Of a stretch of 64,000 nucleotides of DNA, positions 39,961 to 52,948 are shown in pieces (the first letter of the stretch is position 1; every line of letters begins with the position of its first letter). Origin of the DNA: Camelus ferus (lineage: Eukaryota); assembly GCF_009834535.1 (NCBI RefSeq), contig NC_045696.1:3598001-3662000 (forward strand), given 5' to 3'. The position numbers and the translations under genes are program-made. The notes beneath the pieces were generated by a model, which was not told the origin of the DNA, searched no databases, and saw nothing but the letters and a program-made list of their open reading frames with translations.

Positions 39961-42900
39961 TCCCCTCAAAACTAGGTGGAGGCAGAAAGGGAAATGATGC
40001 AGGCCTTGCTGCTGGTTTGGTTGGAGAGCAGGGCAGGGGGCACCGGGAGGTATGGATAACAGGTGTGCAGGTTGGGGAGTGGTCGGGGGAATCAAGGCTG
40101 CGTGTGCCTGTGTCATCTTCGAACTGCCCCTTGGGGTGGGAGAAACCCTTGCCCAGGGCCCAGGGTCCTGGTCCTCACCTTCCTTAAGTTCTCCGGTCCT
40201 GAGGAAGGGTCCCTCTCACTATTCAGAAGGCAACCCCCATTCCCAGTCTCAGTGTGGGCTGTGGGATGCTCTGGGTCCCCACAAATGTGTGGGCATCGGG
40301 AGTGACTCCACAGGGCATGAGAGACCCTAGGCATGTGGTCGTGGGTAAGTGGTTGCTGTGACGAAGCTCTTCTGTTCCAGTTCCTTGTCATTGGAGCAAG
40401 GTTTCCTGCACTTGCATAAAAACGAAGAACAGTAACAGAGTTGAAAGGGATTCCATGAGATGTGGATGGATTGGGGGAAAAGTCCTGTTTACCTGCTCAG
40501 ACACAGCTTCCTGGTCAGGTGACCCTTACGAGTGCGTGCGGTGTTTCCGTGTTGACCAGTGGCGGCCCACTTATTGGATGGATAACTAACTCAGTCCAGA
40601 AGAAATGAGCACAAACTTACGGTCGCAGGAAACCAAGACTGATTTCATCCATGTGCATAATTATAGTGTGGTCAGTAGTCACTTCAGGCACAAGTACGTC
40701 ACGTTGAGTTTAGCATCTGTAGTGGTGGGGGCCGGGGAGGCGGCGCTGGGGACAGCAGTGCTGTGAGCCTCCTGACTGTTGAGGAAGAGCTTGTCCGTGT
40801 GCCTTGTGACTGGGTGGCAGGGACATCACACTGCAGGGCTTTGATTCCCATAGGCATATTTAGAAGAGCCACGTAATAGTTTTATTTTAAGCAGTTAATA
40901 TTTGTAATATTAAAGTAAAGGTGAGCAGTTGAAAACTTTTTTGTCTGTTTTCATGAGCGAGCTCTGTTGGAGGCTGGTGGGAATAATTCGGGGGTGCAGC
41001 TCTGCAGCAGAGGGAGGGGTGTACTAAGGAGGGTGCAGGGGTGGGGCCCCCTGTGGGGTCGGGAAGTGGGTGCAGCGTGCCTGTGTACCGTGTGACAGGC
41101 GTGGCCGAGAGGACTTCAGAGATGAGGGGCCGTTTGGCTTAGACTTTAAAGGAGTTTGACAGATGGAAGTAGGAAGCTTCTGCAAGAAGAAGCAAGAGGA
41201 AGGGTCCGTGGAAGCTGGGAAGCTGGTCGTGGGTAAGTTGGGGTGGAGAGGAACCCTGGGCTGTAATGGGGTGGGGGCCGCTCAGGGTCATGGCAGCGGC
41301 CCAGTTGAGGCCTCTCATCCTAAGAAAATCTGAAGAAGCCCAACTCTGCGTCCTCCCCTGGAGTCTCGCAGAGCCTGTGGGGTCATATTTCTGCAAACGT
41401 ACAGGAAATTGAAGCTCAGGCTTCTCAGAGGCGACACCTTTCTTTACCTGAGAGATGCTGTTGGCTGGGCTTGACTTGTTTTCGGTGGTAAGCACCATCT
41501 GCTTCTCCAGCTGAAGCACCAGTGTCCTGAGGGGGCCATCAGAAAGCCCTCAGTAAGCTGGCCTTCCTCCGTGGTGTGGCTGGAGGCAAACTCGTTGTAA
41601 GTGTTTCAAGTTGAGTGTCCTTAAGTCACGATCGTGCGAGGGGCCTGCACGGGGTAATGCGGAGAACCGCTCCTCCCCACTGGCTCCCAGGGAGGAGGGA
41701 CCCTACCTGCTGGATAAGGAGTCTGACTTTGGGAAGGAGTGCTGCCAGTGTTTTTGAACTCAAGGCCTTTGGTCTTTTATAAGTTTAAAAAGTATATATG
41801 CTAATTGGTTATAGTAAGTTTGCCTTTTATTGTGACCAAAACTGTAAATGCAATCTTGGTCCCATTTTAGTGAGGAGGTTTACAAAATCCCTGCTCTGAC
41901 CAGGCCGCTTCAGTTCTGTCCATTGATCCTGCCCCCGCCACCCCCTCAGTCCCCCGGGGTCCCTTTCTCCCGCGCATCTGACCCCTCTGGACTTTCTTCT
42001 CTGCAGCTTCTGCTGCCACCCACTGTGCTCCCACTCTTAGGCTGCGAATGTGTGGAGATCTTCTCACCACCAAAGCTCCCAGGGTGCCTAGTTTTAAAAT
42101 ATCCTGTCTGTCTTACAAGGGCCCAGGAGTCAGGCCTTACCACCTCCCCTCTTCTTTTGTGTTAAGCAAAAAGGTGACTGCCCGTCAGAGTTCTTATCAG
42201 CCCGAGCAGGTCAATGCCAGCTCAGTTTCCATTTTTAAGACAGCAGAGTGCAGACCTCTCTCTCACCCTCTTTGCTCAGAAATCCTCTTAAAGAATCAGA
42301 TGCGAAAAATCAGAAAAATCGATGTTGTCTGGTGAAACTAAGAGGTTTAGAAAGAGGAAACGAGAAATTATGAAAGAAATAGCACAAGAAGATCTGAGGC
42401 CCAGAGGGCAGGAGTGCCAGGCTGAAGAGGCCAGTCCGTGCTGAGCATCAAGGCTGGCTGAGCCTTCAGGTCACTGGAGCTGCAACCGTGGGTCTAAGAG
42501 ATCCGGGGGCTGGGGCGTCTCAAACAAAAGGTTTGCCTGCTAGAAAGTCACCAGACTCCTCAGCAGGGACACTGGAACCTGAAGGACGATGGAGTCCCAC
42601 TTTCTACAGGAAGCTGACCGTGTCCCAGGCAAGGCTGCTGTCATGTGAGATTGAAATAATGACATTTGCAGACACCGCAAGTCCTCTCCGAGGACTTACC
42701 TCCCAGGCACCTTTCCAGGAAGCTCCTAATGATGAACTAGAACGTCAGAATTGTGCCTGTGCAGGATGGAAGGGAGCTCAGAGTAGATAGTCCAGCCCTC
42801 ATTTTGTACGGACAAGGAAACCAAGGCCCACGGAGGGGAAGTCACTAACTGGAGGTCGTCCCTGCCAGTCACCGGCGGCTGGGCCCTGGCGTCCGTCCTC

Positions 42901-43509
42901 TCCCAGCAGGGCTCGGCCCTTCCCTCCCTCCGACGCACCCAGAGTCTGCTCGGGACCGCGAGTCTCTAGCACGCTGATCAGTGTGTGCAGATAAATTCAG
43001 GAACTGCTGGGCTAAACACGTTTCAGTAGATTCTTATTGTGGGACTTCTCCGGGCCTTTAAAGTGCATTGTGTATCAAGACTCCAGAATGAGAATCTGAG
43101 ATGTTTCACAAATTTACTGGCCATGATGTCCCTCCTCCTCCTCCACAGAGCATCTTTCAGGACTGTTTGCAGCTCATGTCTGAAAATTGCTCTCACTTGT
43201 TTGCTTTTAACCTTTCGTGATTTTTCCCCTTAATGTTTTCAATATCGTCATGAGGGTACGTGCCCAGTGGGAAAATGTCCCTCTTGCTTAAAAAAAATTT
43301 CCTGAGCCCCTGGACTGGGACTGGCTCCTGAGCCCTTGAGATGTGGCAGAGCCGAATGAAAATCAGCTGCAAGTATAAAATACACACAGATATGTAAGAC
43401 TTAGTGTGAAAAAAATCATTAATGGTTTTTTTTATTTTATGTGTGAAATGATAATATTTTGAATATGTTCTATTGAATAAAATGTCACCAAAATTACACA
43501 TGTGGATCC

Positions 43510-44090
43510 CAGTAAGATTTTTTTTTTTTTGTGGATATAGGCAAGATTGTTCTGAAAGCAAAGGAATGGGAACAGCTAAAACAGATTTGAAAAAGAAGAC
43601 AGTGGGAGGAACCACTCTACCCAATTTTAAGACTTATTACCAAGCAAAGGTAATCAAGACTGTATTGACTGATCCCCACCAGCATAGTGCTGGAGGAGGG
43701 TGGGCACAGAGATGAGTGGAACAGGAGGGAGGACCCAGAAACAGACCCACACACACAGGGCCAGCTGGTTTTTGACAATGGAGTGAATACAACTCAATGG
43801 TGCTGATGCAGCCGGATGTCTGGAGCGAAAAAATGAACCTGGACCCCAGCCTCATGTCTTAAACAAAAATTAACTCAAATTGGATAGTAGACTGAAATGT
43901 AAAAGGTAAAACCCTGAAGACTTTTCTAAGAAACACAGGAGGAAGTCCTCAGGGGCAGGGCTGGTGCAGAGACCTTAGATCTGACCCCAAAGGCACAGTC
44001 CATCAAAAGAAAGATCAGTACGTTGGACTTTGTCAAAATTAAAAACCTGTGTTCTATAAAGCACCGCATGAAGACGATGAAGACAAGCTA
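43510..44090 (+). mobile_element. Old LINE-1 ORF2 fragment
   Basis: Peptide AKTDLKKKTVGGTTLPNFKTYYQAKVIKTV; ggactttgtcaaaattaaaaac. Confidence 0.8.
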
Positions 44091-44109
44091 GAGGCAGGGG
44101 CGACGTGTG

Positions 44110-45310
44110 TCCCGCCATCCTGCGCGTGCGTAGTGGCGTCTCCTTGTGGCTTTGCCTGGTGTTTCCCTGGCGGCAAATGATGTTGGACATCTTTTCATGT
44201 GCTTATCTGCCATTCTGCTGTTTTCTTTGGTGACATGTCTACTCATGTCTTTTGCCCACTTTCTAATTGGATTGATTGCATTTTTACTGTTGAAGTTTTG
44301 CAAAAAAATTTTTTTATTGAAGTGTAGTTGATTTTCAGTGTTAGTTTCAGGTGTACAGCGAAGTGATTCAGTTATACGCACATATGTATTTTCTTTTCAG
44401 ATTCCCTTTCATTATGTTGTTACAAGAAATTGATTACAGTTCCCTGTGCTATATAGTAGGTCCTTGTTGTTTATCTATTTTATACACAGTAATGTGTGTC
44501 TGTTAATCCCCAACCCCTAATGTATCCCTCCCCACCCTTTCCCCTTTGGTAACCATAGTTTGTTTTCTATACCTATGAGTTGGTTTTTGGTTTATAAATA
44601 GAATTTGTATCTTTTTTTAGATTCCACATATAAGTGATATCATATGATATTCGTCTTTCTCAGTGTGACTCCACTCAGTATGATCATCTCTATGTCCATC
44701 TATGTTGCTGCAAGTGGCGTTGTTTCATTCTTTTTTTAATAGCTGTTTGCTGTTGAGTTTTGAGAGCTCTTTGCATATTCTAGATAGGGATTCGTGGTTT
44801 GCAAAAAATGTCTCCTGGTCTTTACTTTATTCATCCTCTTCACAACGTCTTTTGCAGAGCAAAACTTTTCAATTTTGGTCAAGTCCCATTGATCAATTTG
44901 CCTCTAATAAACTGTGCTTTTGGTGACAAGTCTAAAAACTGACTAGCCCTAGATCTCAAAGATTTTCTATTTTTTAAAACACTTTTTTACTGTTTTATGT
45001 TTTAAGTCTGTAATCCGTTATGAGTTAATCTTGTATAAGATGTGAGGTCATAGGTCACAGTTCTTTTATTTTTTTTGCCTCAGGATGTCCAGTTTTTCCA
45101 GCACCGTTTGTTGAAAAGACCGTCCTTCCTGCACTGAACTGCCTTTACCCTTTGTCAGGAATCAGTTGAGCGTGTTTGTGTGGGGCTGTTCTCCACTTCC
45201 ACTGATCTGTGTGTCTCCTTCCACCGGTGACAAGTACCACCAATACCTCATTACTGCAGCTTTATAATTAAGCTTGAGTCAGGTGGACTGATTCCTCTCA
45301 CTTTAGGGTT
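44110..45310 (-). mobile_element. Old LINE-1 ORF2 fragment interrupted by a younger L1 3' end (about 44301-44745)
   Basis: Minus-strand peptide NPIRKWAKDMSRHVTKE...MADKHMKRC. The insert resembles the L1 3' UTR at 2590-3040. Confidence 0.8.
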
Positions 45311-45560
45311 GTTTCTAACAGCTGTCACCTCCGGGGCTGCGTGTGACCGCCAGGTGTCGTGGGGAACATCTGGCCTGAGCCTCCCTTGCTTCCCATGTCC
45401 ACTGAGTGCCACGCAGGTGGTCCTGAGCCCGGCTAACTTCACAGTAGTCCTGGCTTCCTGGTCCTGTTACTGCTCTGGTCCTCCAGCGATCACAGTTGTA
45501 GTCAGCTTGTTTGCTTTTTGTTGTGCTGATCACACAAGTTTTACAGAGATTTAAGGTTAC

Positions 45561-45749
45561 GCAGTGGTTCTCAGACTCCAGCTGCATCAGAATAACCTGG
45601 AGGTTTGTGAAAACACGCAGTGCGGGGCCCCCGCCCAGAGAGCCCTGGGGAGGTGCCCGAGAATTGGCATTTCCGAGAAATGAGGAATTCCCAGGTGCCA
45701 CTGGTGCTCCTGTTTGCTGGTCCAGGGACCACACTTTGAGAACCACTGG
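45561..45749. mobile_element. MER5A-like hAT MITE
   Basis: Terminal inverted repeats cagtggttctca ... tgagaaccactg. Confidence 0.8.
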
Positions 45750-47574
45750 GGTAAGGTAAGTTTCCCCAGTGTCAGTGGTTAAAATTGGCCGGATCTCAGA
45801 CTTAGAATTTTCCTACCATTTCTGCAATAACAGTACTGTCTGCGATTTCTTGTTGAAATTTCCTTCATGCCCCAGAAGTCTGGAGACTGGACTTCCTTCT
45901 CCGAAGGAGCAACCTGAGTGCCATGGGGAGTTTTGTCACGACAGCAGACTTCACGATGCTCCTTTCCTGCCTTGCCCTGCCGCCCAGGGTGGCTGTGAGC
46001 TACATTCTTGGGCTGAAAGGACCACTTTAGAGCCCACATTTCAGGGGCCAGATGCTTCTAATAAAGATGTTATTCCCAGGACACAAACATTTAAATATGA
46101 GAGTGCGGTTGAATAAAAGCCTGAAACTTGGAGCTGTGTCCCTCCCTCCCTCTCTCATTTTCTTCCTGCGGCCACTTCAAAACCTGGCTGGGTGTCCTCT
46201 CCCGGCAGGTGTGCCCTGGGGACTCTTGCGGGGTGGGGGACCCTCCTCGAGAGGCCAGACTGGAGGCAGGCGCTGCCGGGGGGAGGTGGCCACACAGGGC
46301 CTCTCGGAGTTGGCCAGAGTCCACGAGGAGGGCCGGGGCAGCCCCCTGTGTCCACATTCCTCGATCCCGTGGGCCTTGTGGGGACCCCAGATTCTGCTGT
46401 GATCTGGCTACAGTTTGGGGGCTGCCTTTGAAGACCCCACTGTTCACCTTTCAGAACTTCCTCGACCAGGAGCTGGTGTTGGCAGGTGGGCTGGGTTCCC
46501 ATCGGTGGGCAGCCGGCTCTCAGGCCCCTGGGGCACTCAGCAGCTCACAAAAATGGGTTTCCACTTGTTTCTTCTGCCGCGTCCCTCCTCACTTTTTGCT
46601 CCAGGACCAGCGGCGTCCCCTGTTCCAGACTGGCCCCCAGCCATGCCTGCAGATCCCACCAGCCAGGAGACCCCAAGTTAGACTTGCCAACAAGGCCGTG
46701 TGAGACACCTTGTCACTTACATGGATGTTCCCAGGGAAAGAAGGCACCACGCCGTGTGGGGGGAAATCAGCCTGGTAATTTGTCCTCGGCATTTTAAGGG
46801 CAAATTGGAACCCACCTCTGTCTCGTTTCCTTAGAACGAATTCACTTCCGTGGTGAAATTTTCAGCTGTTCTCTTCCTGCTCAGTAAAACCTGTGTTCAG
46901 CAAGTCTGAATCTTCATGTGGACTTTGCATCGTCTGCTTTCCGTTCTTTAAGCTCCGGGGTTGGGAGCGGGCAGAGGGCATGTGGAATCAGCATTCAGGA
47001 AGTGCCGGCCTGCGTGCCTCCCCAGAAAGGCTCCTAGGAATTCAGAGGGGCTTGGACAAGGAGTGGGATGCAGGGAGGCTGCACTGGGCTGGCTTAAGTG
47101 AGGATGGGGGAGTGTGAGGGGAGAGGATCGGCTGTTGAGTGGCACGTACTGGGGGTCTCTCACTTTATGCTCCCCTGGAACTACATGAGGTGGGCGTTTG
47201 AATTTCCATTTTATAGGTCAGGAATCTGGGGTTCCAGGATTAACACGTCCATATCACCCACGAATGCGTAGGTGCTTAAGAGCAGCTGCCTGCTGTGGAG
47301 GTGGTGTTTGAGGTGAACCTTCAGGGAGGCAGACGTGACCGGATGTGATAAAGGCTTCCTGGAGAGCAGGAGGGCTCTCCTCCCTGAAGACACTCATGGC
47401 TTTAGTCCCCACGAGGAGTGAGTGCTGGCTGGGTGTCACGCACAGGTCAGCAGCTGGAGAAAAACAGAGATCGTGTGAGACGGGGTCGCCCTTGAGGAAG
47501 TCACCGTCCAGGGAGGGAGTAAAAGCAAATAGAAGTGGCAACGTGAAAGCTAGGGTTTTAAAATTGGTGGTATG

Positions 47575-47689
47575 AGTGGGGAGAGGGTGTAGCTCAGTGG
47601 TAGAGCACGTGCTTAGCATGCACGAGGTCCTGGGCTCAATCCCCAGTGCCTCTGTTAAAATAAATAAATAAACTAGTTACCCACCCCCC
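47575..47689 (+). mobile_element. tRNA-Ala(AGC)-derived SINE, camelid type
   Basis: A box tagctcagtggt, B-box-like gggctcaatccc, loop cttagcatg, A-rich tail. Near-perfect TSD aaattggtggtatg (47561-74) / aaatggtggtatg (47690-702). Confidence 0.88.
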
Positions 47690-47999
47690 AAATGGTGGTA
47701 TGTTTCTTTTACAAATGGAAATAGATGGGTGTTACGGAAAGGGGAAGTTCGCGAAGACTTCCTAATCTAGAGCCACTGGCCAGTGGCTTTTACTAAAAGC
47801 AGCATCATTTTAGGCGAGAGACCACTGCAAGGCCGGCAGCCCCGCTCCACGGCATGGGGGCCCTGCTGCGTGCTGTGTTTAAAGCACAGAGTCAGCGCCT
47901 ACACAGGCTCCAGGCGGCCGTCGGCAGGAACTGTCTTTGAACCTGGCTTGGGGAAGCACTGGTCCCTGACGCGGCTCTCTGTCCCGGCAGGTGTCGGCG

Positions 48000-48033
48000 A
48001 TGGCGGAAGACGGCGAGGAGATCATGTTCATCT
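48000..48033 (+). CDS. PRDM15: PRDM15 first main coding exon (MAEDGEEIMFI); exon begins at 47991
   Basis: ctctctgtcccggcag acceptor, good Kozak context GCGATGG, T|gtgagt donor, phase 1. Confidence 0.9.
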
Positions 48034-48386
48034 GTGAGTGGCCCGAGGCCCGCCCTCCGCGCCCACGCGCCTGGTGTTCACAATGGAGAAAAGCTGTCTC
48101 TTTTTAAATTGAAGTGACTTTACCTGCTTTGCAAACCACAATTTATTTGTTCCATGAGAAAGGTGCTGCTGGCTGTGGTTTTAAAAGACTCACCTTCTCA
48201 GCACTCCCAGCGGAGGGCACTTTGCAGGGTTAGCTGTTGACTCAAAAAAGTGACTCCTGGGTTCAGAAAGAGGTTTACAACACATTAGATTTATGATAAA
48301 CAGGTTAAGTTGATGAATGTTCATTGATTCTCATTCCCGGGGAAAGACGTCCTTTATCACCAGAGAGGTGACTCTGCCTGCTTTGA

Positions 48387-48626
<240 letters not shown>

Positions 48627-50028
48627 TGAGTGATAGCCGCGAGCTGTCTGTACGGTCCTGCCTGTCAAACAGGGTTGTCTGCATGTCCGACTGCGGCCGG
48701 AGCTTGGCTGCCTTGACGTCTGTACAAAGGGAGAAAACAACAAGGAAGGAAAGATTCTGTGAGAAGGACTGGCCCTGGTTCCGGAGGCCAGCCGGGACCT
48801 CCATCCCACCGCGAGCTGAGTCGCCCGCCTGCCCGCGGGATGAGCCCGGGGGTGCTGCAGAGGCTTCAGGGTCAAGGTCTTTTATCCCGTTCCTGGTTCT
48901 CAGGAGGCGAGCTATATCAGATGCCGCGGGCAGCCGTGGAAGAGCTGATGGGCTGCGTTAACTTATGCTTTGAGCGGCCATGGCCAAGGTCGTAGGTCTG
49001 TTCATTCAGTGTCCCCCATGGTCCAAACCCAGTCCTGCCATCAGACATGCCCGCTCTGGGCAAGGGGGGTGGGGCATACAGGGAGCCAGGCAGAGCTGTT
49101 GCAGCTTTGGAAAAGCACCTGCAGATCTGGTGAGGCGGCTCCATGGCTCTGCCACTGAGCGTTTCCCCGAGGGGTGGCTACCGTGTCCCCCGAGGGCCGT
49201 CTGGGTCACAGCCCCATCTGCTGTGTAGTAGGTGTTTGGACGCAGACGAGGCGTGCTCCTCTCTGCGCCCTAGTTGCCTCATCTGGAAAGTGAAGAGATA
49301 AAAGTACCACCTGGAAAGTGGTCATTGTCCCTGACTCAGGGCCTGGCACGTGGTGGCGCTTAAGTTATCTCATCCGTGCTATTTCTAGAAGCCTCCCCAC
49401 TGGTTTTCCTAGCTTCTTTATTTACTTTCTCTCACTGTGCCTTTACAAAGCAGAGAGATCACTATTTTTGGCTGAAGTGGAGAGCTCATTAGCTCTCTTC
49501 CAGAACCTTCAGTGGTTGCATGTTGCCCACAGAAATCCAGTGGGAAGCATCAGTCCCTCAGTGGGGCCTTTGGGATGCGCTCCTCCATCAGCCTGGCCTC
49601 CTGCCCACCCCATGAGGGGTCTGCGCTGCAGGCGCCCTCGGGGTCCACCCTGCTCCCGGACGTGGGTCAGGCTTGCCCTTGCCTTAGCTCCTGCTGGGTC
49701 TCAGCCCCCATGACATTCAAGTTTACTTAAAAAGGTCACATCCTCACTGAAACTGGCCCCAGGCATCCTAGCTGGAAACCCTTTTCTAGTCTTTGGAATG
49801 CCCTGGCACTTTTGGTTTTCCACGTGGCACTTTCCACGTGGCACCCCTTCGTGGTCTCTCTGTGGTCCTCCCTCCCTCTCTGTTGGCGTGCCGCAGTCCA
49901 CACTCAGGCTGGCAGCTGTCTTTTGGGCAGAGATTTTAAATGCATCCTCTGGGAAACGCCCCTCCACTGCCTGCTCTAGGGGGTCGGTTAGAGCGACCTT
50001 TTCTGTCATCCTACCGTCTGTCCCCTAG

Positions 50029-50286
<258 letters not shown>

Positions 50287-51300
50287 TGACTTTCCTTCTG
50301 TGCAGATTCCGGGGGGGGGTGGGGGTGGCAGGCAATGCCCACTGAGTTCCAGTGATTCACAAATGTCTCGGAAACACCTCTGTATTGTGTGCCGGGGGCA
50401 GCTTTATGCCTGCAGAGGGAGGGTGAGGCCCGCTGGGAGCAGCCCCAACACCAGCTGGGGGTCCTTAGGCACCTGGCGGCCCCCTCTGCCCCCTCCTCTG
50501 GCTTCTGAGGGCTCCATCCTCTGAGGGGGGCCTCTACCTCTTAGCAGTGGGGTCCCCTACAGGAAGAGCCCAGTGAGGAAGCAAAGATTGAGTCAGAGAA
50601 TAGAGGACAAGGGCCCCCTATTCCATGTGGTTACTTTGAACTTCAAAATATTCCAGCTTCTCCCCCTGCTCCCTGCCTGCATTTAACCTGTAAGGCAATG
50701 GTGCTGCTCTGCAGATGAGGGGACAGCTTATAAAGATGGAGGACTCTGCTAAAGCCACTGAGCATACTTGCAACAGGGCCAGGAGAAGAACTCAGGCGTC
50801 CTGATACACCTGGCCCAGGTTTAGCGCTCAGGTGTCCCAGTGACACCTGGACCACACGAGTAGACCTCAGATGTCCTAGCTCCCACCTGGGCCATGCACA
50901 GAACTCAGGTCTCCTTATGACTCCTGGGAGTAGAACTCAGGTTTCCTCGAAAAACCGGGAACAGGAGTAGAGCTCACGCGTCCAGGTGCCCACCTGGCCC
51001 ACAGGTTGAAATAAGGCGTCCCATTCTCACCTGGGCCATGCGTGGAACTCAGGTCTCGGCACCGAGCCTTTTTCTGTGTCTCCTGTCCCCTTTTGCCTGT
51101 GACCAGCCTGACCTATTGAAGCCCCGTGGATTCCTTGTGCCTCCTACCAGTGTAAATGCCGGAACAGATCCCATATGGCCTGGTGTGGCCTCTGATGCGG
51201 CTCTTTCTAGACTGTTTGCCCAGCATGCCCCACCATGGGCTGGCACACGGGCTGGCGCACGGACCCGTGGGTAACTGCTCCCGGCCGCGCTCACCCGCAG

Positions 51301-51553
51301 GTGTTCCAGAAGGACGGGCACCCCGTGTGCTTCGACACCTCCAACGAGGATGACTGCAACTGGATGATGCTGGTGCGGCCGGCGGCGGAGCCTGGCCACC
51401 AGAACCTGACCGCCTTCCAGCACGGCAGTGACGTCTACTTCACCACCTCGCGCGACATCCCCCCTGGCACCGAGCTGCGCGTGTGGTATGCGGCCTTCTA
51501 CGCCAAGAGGATGGACAAGCCGATGCTGCGGCAGGCCTGCCCCGGGCTCCCTG
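51301..51553 (+). CDS. PRDM15: PRDM15 exon, C-terminal part of PR/SET domain ([28 protein letters not shown]...[27 protein letters not shown])
   Basis: cacccgcag acceptor, CTG|gtatgt donor; 253 nt, phase 0/1. Contains NWMxxV and ELxVWY motifs. Confidence 0.96.
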
Positions 51554-52015
51554 GTATGTGGTGCCCCTTGGCCCTGCCGCCGCCCGCCCTCTATCTACTG
51601 ACGGCCCCTGGGTCCCGGGCAGCAGTCCGACCTCAGGGGATCGGCCAGGCGAGCTGGCTGGTACAGGGAGTGCTGCGGGGTCAGCCCTGACCCCACGTGG
51701 TGGCTCTGTTATTCTGCTTGTTGACTGTCTGGGCCGAGACCCTCAGCCAGACGCTTGCTGACAGAAAGCTCTGCCTCCAGCCCTGCGACTGTGAGCTGGG
51801 CTCAGCTCTGCCCTTGGGACCTTCCACGCGTGACTCACCTGCTTGGTCCTCCAAGGTCAGGTTATTGTCCCTGGTTTTGGGCAGAAACGGAGCACAGCGA
51901 GGTTAAGGAGCTGGCCCTGAGTCACAGTGTGGAGAGGGAAGGAGTCAGGATTTAAACCCCGACACTGGCTCTGGTGCTGGCCACCTTCCAGCAGCCTCCT
52001 CCCGGAGGTTGGGGG

Positions 52016-52095
52016 GTGTGTGTGTCTGTGCATGTGTGTGTCTATGCATGTGTGCATGCATGCGTTTGTGCGTGCATGTGTATGAGTGTGCATGC
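52016..52095. repeat. Imperfect (TG)/(CATG) microsatellite
   Basis: Seen directly. Confidence 0.85.
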
Positions 52096-52604
52096 CCGTG
52101 GTCAAAGGAAGACCCAGTGAAGTCACCCACATCCTATTGGAAAAGCAAATCAAAATGCATTCCTGCTAACCCAGGATTGGGCATCACCTTGTGAATGGAC
52201 CCAGTGAATTTAAATCTTTCCCGCCCATCTTGTGGGTCTTGTGGGTCCTTTGGGTGTCTGTCCTCTCCACCCAGCCTTGGGCTGCCAGGTGACCTGGCTC
52301 ACGCTTAGCCGTGACCTGGGAGAGCAGTGATTTCCTGCGGCTCCACCTGAGACGGCCCAGAGGCTGTACTCCCTCGGGGGCACAAGTCGGCACTGACTTT
52401 CCTTCTGACCCTCAAAACAACAGAATCCGGACAAGAAAATGACTCCTTTTGTTATGAGCACCATGGGATATAGACGGCTCTGTAGAGTGAGAGGCCCGAT
52501 ATGTTTGGAAGGTTCTGGCCTGCCTCACGTGTACATGGTGGCTGAGGGTCTGTGAGCCCTCTGGGTGGGCACACACTGCAGCCTGGGGGGAGGCATCGTG
52601 AGGT

Positions 52605-52948
52605 GGCCCAAACAAAGCACCACAAACCGCGGCTTCAGTGGTAGAAGTCTGTCATCTCACAGGCTGGAAGCCTGAAGTCCAAGATCGCGGTGTCGGCAGG
52701 GCCGGTTCCTCTGCCAGCCGTGAGGGAGGACCCTTTCCTGGCCTCCGTCCAGCTGCAGTACTGCTGGCAGCACTGCCATGCCTTGGCTTGCGGCTGCCTG
52801 GGTCTCTCCCTGTGTCTCTGGGTTCTCTCCTTACAAGGACACCAGTCATTGGATTTAGGACCGCCCTGATCCAGTCTGACCCACCTTCCTTGATTCCATC
52901 TGCACAGACCCTACCTGAAGATTCCAGGTGGATGTGAATTTTGGGGGC
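52605..52948. mobile_element. MaLR (MLT1-like) LTR
   Basis: caccacaaacc, ctggaagcctgaagtccaagat, cttacaaggacaccagtcattggatttagg. Confidence 0.7.

Noticed and set aside
47578..47655. tRNA-Ala(AGC) gene
   Set aside because: It has an A-rich tail, a target-site duplication and an imperfect T-arm and acceptor stem, so it is a SINE rather than a tRNA gene.
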